From Parcubacteria group bacterium (GTDB lineage Bacteria; Patescibacteriota; Minisyncoccia; Phycocordibacterales; UBA2135): a stretch of DNA of 64,000 nt. Both the position numbers and the translations under genes were made by a program. Under the pieces are notes generated by a model. That model worked only from the letters and a program-made list of their open reading frames with translations. It had not been told where the DNA came from and searched no databases. Location: positions 38,395 through 102,394 of the forward strand of contig JACPBB010000003.1 of assembly GCA_016180525.1 (NCBI GenBank), read 5' to 3'. How positions within the stretch are numbered: the stretch's first letter is position 1; each line of letters starts with the position of its first letter. Below, piece after piece: positions 58,907 through 64,000 of this stretch.

Positions 58907-60232
58907 TCACGCCGCGTCCACGGTCTTACGATGGCTTGCGACCGAATCGTAGCTGGTATCACGACCATATCCATTGCTGAACTGTTCAAGTATGTCATCG
59001 AGCCTTTTTTCAAAATTTGCTCGCGCCTCAGCACGGGCCTCAGAAATTTCTTCAAGCGTTTTAAGATCTTTTGGAGCGCGCTCTATCCGATCAAGGATTG
59101 CTTTTTGGCCTCCCGTAATCATCTTGGCCATAGCTTCCATGCCCTTCATATCTACGGTAGTCGCGACGTCATCGATCATCTTCATCGCTTCTTGGTCAGC
59201 CGTCGCCTGCATGGCGCCAATCTGGCTGTCAAAAATAGTTTCGCGCTCCTTCACACCCATCTGCAAGGTTGCAACCCATGCATGATGGTGCTCCAGGAAC
59301 TGACGCTGTCCAGCAACGTGAGTTTTGTAAATCTCAATGAATCGCTCTTGCTCCTGCAAAACCATAAAATTCTTGTTTTGCTCTTCCCGCGCCTTATCGC
59401 GCTCCTTGGTTACTTCGGAGATTTCAGTTTCAAGACGAGCGGCCTCTTCGGTTCCCTGCTGAACTTCATTTCGCTGAGCGACGAGAGTCGCGAGCTGTGC
59501 TTCGTGATTTGTAAGATTTTTTGTAAGAACTTCAATGTTTGCTACCAGCTCTTCGCGCTTTGCCAGCCCTTCCACAAGAGCAGCATCCACCGACTGGAGA
59601 TCCTCTTCAATGAAGCTAACGCGCCCGACGGCATTGTCAATCGCAATCTGCGTGCATGCCTGAATCCTCTGCATCGAGGTGCTAAGGTCTGCATTGATGA
59701 GCCGCTCGCGCTGCTTCGCCGAAGCAATCTCTTGTGCGGCTTTCATGCCGGCTTCCGCGCTCTCGATATCCTTCTTCGCTTTGGCAATCGCCTTGTCGCG
59801 TCTTCCGAAGAAAATGTTGAACATCTTCTTTTCCGCCTTAGCAAGATCTGATTTTGCGCGGCCAAACATCGCCTCCGCGTCATCAACAATCTTCTGCTCG
59901 TCCGGATTTAACTTTTCAAGGGCGTCAATCGACACGCCAATTTCCTTATACTGCTCTCCAAGCGCAATCATTACTCGAGCGATATCTTTTGTCGTCGCAT
60001 CAACGGCAGTCCGCGCAGACTTAAGGTCCGCAGCAAGAATACCAGCGCGATCCACGTCTCCAGTGCTGAGTGCTTCCTGAATATCTTTGGCAATGGTTTC
60101 AAAATGTTCAACAGCCTGAGCGGCCTTTTCGGACCGCTCTTGCATCTCTTTTGCCTGATGATCAGCCATATCGGCAATCATTCGAGGGTCTTTCGCGCGA
60201 ACCTGTGCGGTTCGAGTACCTTTCTGTACCAT
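58907..60232 (-). CDS. Operon gene 1/6: about 440-aa all-alpha coiled-coil protein (Ala/Lys/Glu-rich), unknown function
   Basis: Start set at ATG (MVQKGTRTAQ, RBS AAAGGAAGG 5 nt upstream). The supplied ORF extends to a TTG at 60283. The heptad-rich sequence suggests PspA/ESCRT-III-like or TelA-like helical scaffolds, which is inference. Confidence 0.45.
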   Translation of the reverse strand: MVQKGTRTAQVRAKDPRMIADMADHQAKEMQERSEKAAQAVEHFETIAKDIQEALSTGDVDRAGILAADLKSARTAVDATTKDIARVMIALGEQYKEIGVSIDALEKLNPDEQKIVDDAEAMFGRAKSDLAKAEKKMFNIFFGRRDKAIAKAKKDIESAEAGMKAAQEIASAKQRERLINADLSTSMQRIQACTQIAIDNAVGRVSFIEEDLQSVDAALVEGLAKREELVANIEVLTKNLTNHEAQLATLVAQRNEVQQGTEEAARLETEISEVTKERDKAREEQNKNFMVLQEQERFIEIYKTHVAGQRQFLEHHHAWVATLQMGVKERETIFDSQIGAMQATADQEAMKMIDDVATTVDMKGMEAMAKMITGGQKAILDRIERAPKDLKTLEEISEARAEARANFEKRLDDILEQFSNGYGRDTSYDSVASHRKTVDAA

Positions 60233-60270
60233 GGCGTCCTTCCTTTGTTTGCCTTGGGGTTGGTGGGTAT

Positions 60271-60289
60271 GTCCTTTTGTCAAAGGACA
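60271..60289 (-). promoter_or_regulatory. Palindromic site containing a TTGACA hexamer upstream of the six-gene operon (operator/-35 candidate)
   Basis: gtccttt-tgtca-aaggac; the minus strand reads ...cctttGACAaaaggac. No convincing -10 was seen. Confidence 0.25.
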
Positions 60290-60406
60290 AGAGTACAGTA
60301 AATAGGGCTTAAAAACCCTATTTAAAGCTCCGTAACTCTAATAACCTTCTACACTATTTTAACAAAAAAGTCAAGTGTTTTGGGCATGCGCAATACATAT
60401 CAATAT

Positions 60407-61117
60407 TTATAACCCTTTTGATGAATTTTCAGAGTGATATTCGGGAACAACCTTAAGCCCCAATATCAGAGCAAAAATAATTGCGAATCCACACATGATT
60501 GACGGGATTGTGTTTGCCGTTAGTTTCAATGTCGTGAGTACAAAAACCATCGGCACGATAAACGAGAGATATCCGACAACCATAAAGAAGAGTGCCCCAC
60601 CCTTTCCGTGTATCGTGCGCAATTTTTGAATCCATTCAATTGACTCTCCGATTCCCAAAAATAAAAATCCAAAATAGTATGTGGTATAAAGATATGCGAG
60701 TACTTGAGCGGTATTAAAAATTATGTAATTGCCCGTGCACACCGGAGATGTCAGCGTATTGGGACCAAATATAAAATAGATGCTGAATAAAAACGCGAGC
60801 GCGTAACCAAGTTTGAGTAATGGTTTTTCTCCCGTAACAAGACATACAAGATGATATCCGAGAATCGGAAGAAATGTGATGGCAACAAAACCAATCTGCG
60901 CCCACATAAAAATATTTTCACCCGTGCAAATATGGTATTCAGCAGCTTGGAAGAATGCCAGCAGTATAAGTATTGCTGTTGCTATCCGCCCAAACAAAGT
61001 ACTGTGATAGCGAAGAAGCGTATAGAGCGCGAGCGCACCTTCTACCAGTACTGTCGCCACCATTACTTCCGGTGTAAAACATTTAAAAGAAGATTTATCT
61101 TTTAAAAATCTGAACAT
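60407..61117 (-). CDS. Hypothetical polytopic membrane protein
   Basis: 236 aa, about 7 TM helices. Confidence 0.4.
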   Translation of the reverse strand: MFRFLKDKSSFKCFTPEVMVATVLVEGALALYTLLRYHSTLFGRIATAILILLAFFQAAEYHICTGENIFMWAQIGFVAITFLPILGYHLVCLVTGEKPLLKLGYALAFLFSIYFIFGPNTLTSPVCTGNYIIFNTAQVLAYLYTTYYFGFLFLGIGESIEWIQKLRTIHGKGGALFFMVVGYLSFIVPMVFVLTTLKLTANTIPSIMCGFAIIFALILGLKVVPEYHSENSSKGL

Positions 61118-61131
61118 ATCCGCGTATAGAA

Positions 61132-62172
61132 TTATTTTCCTTTCGTGTCTAACAATTCAATAAGCGCAAGTTCAAGCGGCAATTGTTTTATATATGCCCG
61201 ATTCGTATCAGAATACGCGTCAAGAAGTTTTCCAAGCATTTCAGAATTAATTGCTAACCCCTCTTTTCCAGCCAGTGTTTCAAAAAATAGAATGTCATCC
61301 TCCGAAAAGTCTTCTTTAATTTTCTTTTTTGTTTCCAGATCAAAGCGGGTTAAAAGTACAAGCCGCATTTTTTCAAGTATCAGTTTAAGAAAGAGCATAA
61401 AATCAACATTTGTTTCAGTTGCCTTTCTCACTGCGCCAAGCGCATCCTCTAAATTTTTATGAGCAAGCGACTTTACAAACTCGTTGACCAAAACTGCCGG
61501 CGGAGCATTTGTAATTTTTTCAACAAATTCACGCCCTATTGTTTTTCCTTTTACCGCGGAAAGTACGAGATGAAGAATCCCTTGCGTGTCACGGAACGAA
61601 CCGTCCCCCAAAACTGCGACAAGGTCAGCGGCAGATGGTTCAAGCGAGTATCCTTCTTTGCGCGCGATTTCTGTCGCTGATTTTTTAAGAAGTGCGTGCG
61701 TCGGTTTTTTAAATGTAAATGTCTGACAGCGCGAGATAACAGTTTCTGGAACTTTTCCGACTTCCGTTGTCGCAAGCACGAACACCGCGTGCTTCGGCGG
61801 TTCTTCAAGTGTTTTTAAAAGCGCGTTAAACGCTTCTTTAGTAAGCATATGCACTTCATCTATGATGTACACTTTGTACGGGGATTTAAATGGCAGAGTT
61901 TTTACTCCTTCACGCAACTCCCGCACGTCATCAATGCCGCGGTTTGAAGCGGCATCTATTTCATATAAATCTTCCGGCTCACAACCAATTTCGCGCGCTA
62001 AAATACGGGCAACAGATGTTTTTCCCGTCCCGCGAGAACCAAAAAAAAGATATGAGTGCGTAATGTCCCCTGACTTAACCGATTCTTTAAGCACTTCTAT
62101 TATATGATCTTGTCCCAAGACTTCCGCGAAGCTCTGGGGACGATATTTTCTATAAAGCGCGATGAAAGACAT
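61132..62172 (-). CDS. dnaX: DNA polymerase III subunit gamma/tau (short form, clamp-loader AAA+ module only)
   Basis: 'YRKYRPQSFAEVLGQDHI', Walker A 'GSRGTGKTSVARILA', Walker B 'YIIDEVHML', SRC 'VISRCQTF'. Confidence 0.8.
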   Translation of the reverse strand: MSFIALYRKYRPQSFAEVLGQDHIIEVLKESVKSGDITHSYLFFGSRGTGKTSVARILAREIGCEPEDLYEIDAASNRGIDDVRELREGVKTLPFKSPYKVYIIDEVHMLTKEAFNALLKTLEEPPKHAVFVLATTEVGKVPETVISRCQTFTFKKPTHALLKKSATEIARKEGYSLEPSAADLVAVLGDGSFRDTQGILHLVLSAVKGKTIGREFVEKITNAPPAVLVNEFVKSLAHKNLEDALGAVRKATETNVDFMLFLKLILEKMRLVLLTRFDLETKKKIKEDFSEDDILFFETLAGKEGLAINSEMLGKLLDAYSDTNRAYIKQLPLELALIELLDTKGK

Positions 62173-62214
62173 AGTTGTTGTACGTTATTGTAGCATATTT
62201 ACAAACTAAAATGA

Positions 62215-62775
62215 GTGGAGTATGGTAGTTTACAGAAGATTGTTTTGTGCACACTTTTGCGAGAAGGGGTTTCTATGTTCAAACGGCGGCTTATACCGGG
62301 GAAAAATATATCTCAAGGCGGAGATATGGAAAAGAGCCCTGTTGCATATAATACCAACGGGGGTAGAAAAAGGGGCGGGGTTCGTCCGCGACAAATCATT
62401 CCTCTTACGGTGCTTGATTCTCTTTCATACACAGAGAAATTCACGCGTGAAAAAACTGAGCAACTGTTGCAGTTGTGGAACGCACAAGTGGTCATAGCGG
62501 ACATAGAAACAAAAACAGGATTTACAGAAAGTAATATTAGAATGCGTATTGGTAACATTCGTAAAGCGGCGGGATTAAGAAAAAGATATACTCCATCTCA
62601 AAAAGAAAACTTTACTCGTCCTCGCGATACGCGTCTCGCCGGAGTGACAAAGTGCCTCGGGTGCGGAAAACAGTTTGATAGTTACAATGTAAGAACAAAT
62701 CGAAAATGTCCACAGTGCAAACAGGAAGAAGCGGGAATAAGTGACGAATATTACGTGTTCCATACTCCCGGATGA
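62215..62775 (+). CDS. Hypothetical protein with C-terminal zinc ribbon
   Basis: 'CLGCGKQF...CPQCKQ' C-x-x-C...C-x-x-C; the start is uncertain (several in-frame Met). Confidence 0.35.
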   Translation: MEYGSLQKIVLCTLLREGVSMFKRRLIPGKNISQGGDMEKSPVAYNTNGGRKRGGVRPRQIIPLTVLDSLSYTEKFTREKTEQLLQLWNAQVVIADIETKTGFTESNIRMRIGNIRKAAGLRKRYTPSQKENFTRPRDTRLAGVTKCLGCGKQFDSYNVRTNRKCPQCKQEEAGISDEYYVFHTPG

Positions 62776-62814
62776 TTTTAAATTCATGACACGGGGTACA
62801 ATTATAAAAAATTA

Positions 62815-62842
62815 AAACAGGACACTGTCCTGTTTTTTCTTT
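62815..62842 (+). terminator. Rho-independent terminator
   Basis: acaggacactgtcctgt followed by ttttttc. Confidence 0.55.
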
Positions 62843-62868
62843 GTTCAAATCCAACGCCGCAAGAAAAG

Positions 62869-62903
62869 AAAACCGCTCCCAACAAACGGAGCGGTGTATA
62901 AAA
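62869..62903 (-). terminator. Rho-independent terminator for the HicB-like gene
   Basis: ccgctcc-caacaaac-ggagcgg followed on the minus strand by ttttcttttc. Confidence 0.5.
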
Positions 62904-62904
62904 A

Positions 62905-63183
62905 TTATTTTATTACAGTACAGATAGTCGGTTGAGGAATCTCCAGACCAAGTTCTTTGGCGGCACTAATCCATTCTTTGATTGCTTCTTCTCCCATGGA
63001 AATGGCTTCTGCCTTTGTTTTTCCATCCGCCATACAGCCGGGCAATTCAGGAACTGTAACTACAAAACATCCATCAGCCTCACTCCATTCAACAAGCATT
63101 GAATACCGCGAGAATTCTTTTGCCATGACCAGTATTCCTTTCTTAAACTTCCGAATTTCTGGATAAAGAATATCAATTTCCAT
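62905..63183 (-). CDS. HicB-like (UPF0150) antitoxin-family protein, apparently orphan
   Basis: 'YSMLVEWSEADGCFVVTVPELPGCMADGKTKAEAISMGEEAIKEWI' matches the HicB_lk/UPF0150 core. No HicA-like ORF is adjacent on either side. Confidence 0.5.
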   Translation of the reverse strand: MEIDILYPEIRKFKKGILVMAKEFSRYSMLVEWSEADGCFVVTVPELPGCMADGKTKAEAISMGEEAIKEWISAAKELGLEIPQPTICTVIK

Positions 63184-63252
63184 TTTTTTGTCAAGTAAAA
63201 TTGCATTAACTATTTTCTATTAGAGTCCTGCCATTAGAAAATCCTGTCTCAA

Positions 63253-63329
63253 AAAGACAGGATTGGCGGCCCCGGCAGGACTCGAACCTGCAACCTGGAG
63301 ATTAGAAATCTCCCGCTCTATCCAGTTGA
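63253..63329 (-). tRNA. tRNA-Arg (anticodon TCT), CCA encoded
   Basis: Hand-folded: GGCCTCG-TA-GCTC-AACTGGATA-GAGC-G-GGAGA-TTTCTAA-TCTCC-AGGTT-GCAGG-TTCGAGT-CCTGC-CGGGGCC-G-CCA. Confidence 0.8.
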
Positions 63330-63416
63330 GCTACGAGGCCGCTGTATAACAAAAACAGAAAAAAGAACAATTTTCTCCTCCTTTCCGTTCAAATCCCAGT
63401 AAAAAAACAGAGGGGG

Positions 63417-63509
63417 TGGTAGGCCTGGAGGGATTCGAACCCCCAACCGTGCGCCGATCTAGCGCTCATGGATCATAAATCCACCGCTCTGCCGTTGAGC
63501 TACAGGCCC
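63417..63509 (-). tRNA. Atypical 93-nt tRNA: canonical acceptor/D/T arms and CCA, anticodon loop TTTATGA (anticodon TAT, Ile-AUA-type) plus a 23-nt variable-region insertion
   Basis: GGGCCTG-TA-GCTC-AACGGCA-GAGC-G-GTGGA-TTTATGA-TCCAT-[GAGCGCTAGATCGGCGCACGGTT]-GGGGG-TTCGAAT-CCCTC-CAGGCCT-A-CCA. Confidence 0.5.
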
Positions 63510-63530
63510 CCAAGAAGAGTTATTCATCCG

Positions 63531-63803
63531 TTATTTGGCGCTTCGGTAGTGTCTCATTTGGTGCTCAAAATATGGGAGAAAATCTCCCACCTTAAGTTTA
63601 AGTTTCTCCAAATTTTTTAACAACTTTTCTCCAACTGGAGGTCTGTTACAAAAATTTATCAAATCATCTACGGATATACCAGTGTTCTTAAATGCCTTTA
63701 AAATTGCCTGATGAACCCCTGGCAACCCAACTACTCTCTGGCCTTCCTTTTTAAGACCTGCTTTTTTAATAACTGCACGAGCAATCTTGTCAGCTTTTGT
63801 CAT
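63531..63803 (-). CDS. Small basic protein (90 aa), hypothetical
   Basis: The start is taken at MTKADKIARAV, because the longer 121-aa ORF overlaps the upstream Cys-rich ORF in another frame. Confidence 0.3.
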   Translation of the reverse strand: MTKADKIARAVIKKAGLKKEGQRVVGLPGVHQAILKAFKNTGISVDDLINFCNRPPVGEKLLKNLEKLKLKVGDFLPYFEHQMRHYRSAK

Positions 63804-64000
63804 GTGGAAACCCATCTTCAGTTGCATCGGCTTTCTCGCCGCAATCAATACACGGGTCGTCTTTGTATTCAACCAGATTTTTTTTGCAAATAACACACAG
63901 GTGTTCTTCCAAGTATTCTTCTTGAGGGTCGCGTATCTCGCCTTCGTCCCTCTCTATACACATGAGACATAGTTGCCCTTTCTTCTCGACGGGATTTACT
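63790..64000 (-). CDS. Partial (5'-truncated by window edge) Cys-rich zinc-ribbon protein
   Basis: Frame gives ...QLCLMCIERDEGEIRDPQEEYLEEHLCVICKKNLVEYKDDPCIDCGEKADATEDGFPHDKS* with three C-x-x-C pairs. It ends 14 nt inside the downstream small gene. Confidence 0.3.
   Translation of the reverse strand, partial: VNPVEKKGQLCLMCIERDEGEIRDPQEEYLEEHLCVICKKNLVEYKDDPCIDCGEKADATEDGFPHDKS

Noticed and set aside
58907-60232. Calling operon gene 1 a TelA or PspA/Vipp1 homologue outright
   Set aside because: Only the all-helical, heptad-rich composition supports this. I could recall no diagnostic motif alignment, so it is left as a hypothesis in the findings rather than an annotation.
60233-60283. TTG-initiated N-terminal extension of operon gene 1 (the ORF track begins at 60283)
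   Set aside because: The codon at 60283-60281 is TTG with no RBS. An in-frame ATG 17 codons downstream is preceded by AAAGGAAGG at ideal spacing, so the shorter start is preferred.
63804-63896. N-terminal 31 residues of the 121-aa ORF 63531-63896
   Set aside because: They overlap, in a different frame, a better-supported Cys-rich ORF coming from beyond the window edge. The internal Met start gives standard short gene-gene coupling.
1-64000. CRISPR arrays, rRNA genes, transposases/integrases
   Set aside because: No run of regularly spaced identical repeats, no rRNA-like conserved blocks, and no DDE/tyrosine-recombinase-like ORFs were seen. The repeats that are present are isolated palindromes and one 32-nt pair, not arrays.

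Overview
This 64 kb window looks bacterial and mostly low-GC (about 40-43% by eye). Most genes are small and on the minus strand, and the gene content has a minimal-genome, possibly Patescibacteria/CPR-like flavour. That flavour comes from a short 346-aa dnaX, a TrmB-family regulator, an L,D-transpeptidase, a queuosine-salvage protein and a PurD-like ATP-grasp protein with no other purine genes. The phylum call is inference only.

Recognisable content:
- **Thiol-disulfide and copper block:** a TlpA-like thioredoxin, CcdA, the P-type Cu-ATPase CopA, a second DsbD/CcdA-like membrane protein, and a DUF1573 protein.
- **MacAB-like efflux:** a HlyD adaptor, an ABC ATPase and an FtsX-type permease.
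- **Membrane-stress genes:** an SPFH/NfeD pair and a PspC-domain protein.
- **Housekeeping genes:** typA/bipA, obg, a DEAD-box helicase, ltaE, a Ham1 ITPase, an M16 peptidase, a GDSL hydrolase, a Na+/H+ antiporter and dnaX.
- **RNA genes:** three tRNA genes, namely Gln-TTG, Arg-TCT, and one atypical 93-nt tRNA.

Things that stand out:
- A six-gene translationally coupled minus-strand operon at 52023-60232 has clearly higher GC (about 50%). It encodes a coiled-coil protein, two unknowns, a classic-clade AAA+ ATPase and two membrane proteins. None matches a system I can name, and it is the best candidate here for an undescribed system.
- A very low-GC islet (about 27-30% GC) at 43.3-45.2 kb carries an APH-like kinase flanked by 32-nt direct repeats.
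- There are two families of conserved-flank, variable-core palindromic intergenic elements. One shows compensatory stem changes between its two copies.
- A 33-aa mini-ORF upstream of typA duplicates the typA N-terminus and overlaps its start codon.
- A minimal nucleotidyltransferase-type ligase and an orphan HicB-like antitoxin sit next to the tRNA cluster.

I saw no CRISPR array, no rRNA gene, and no clear transposase or integrase.
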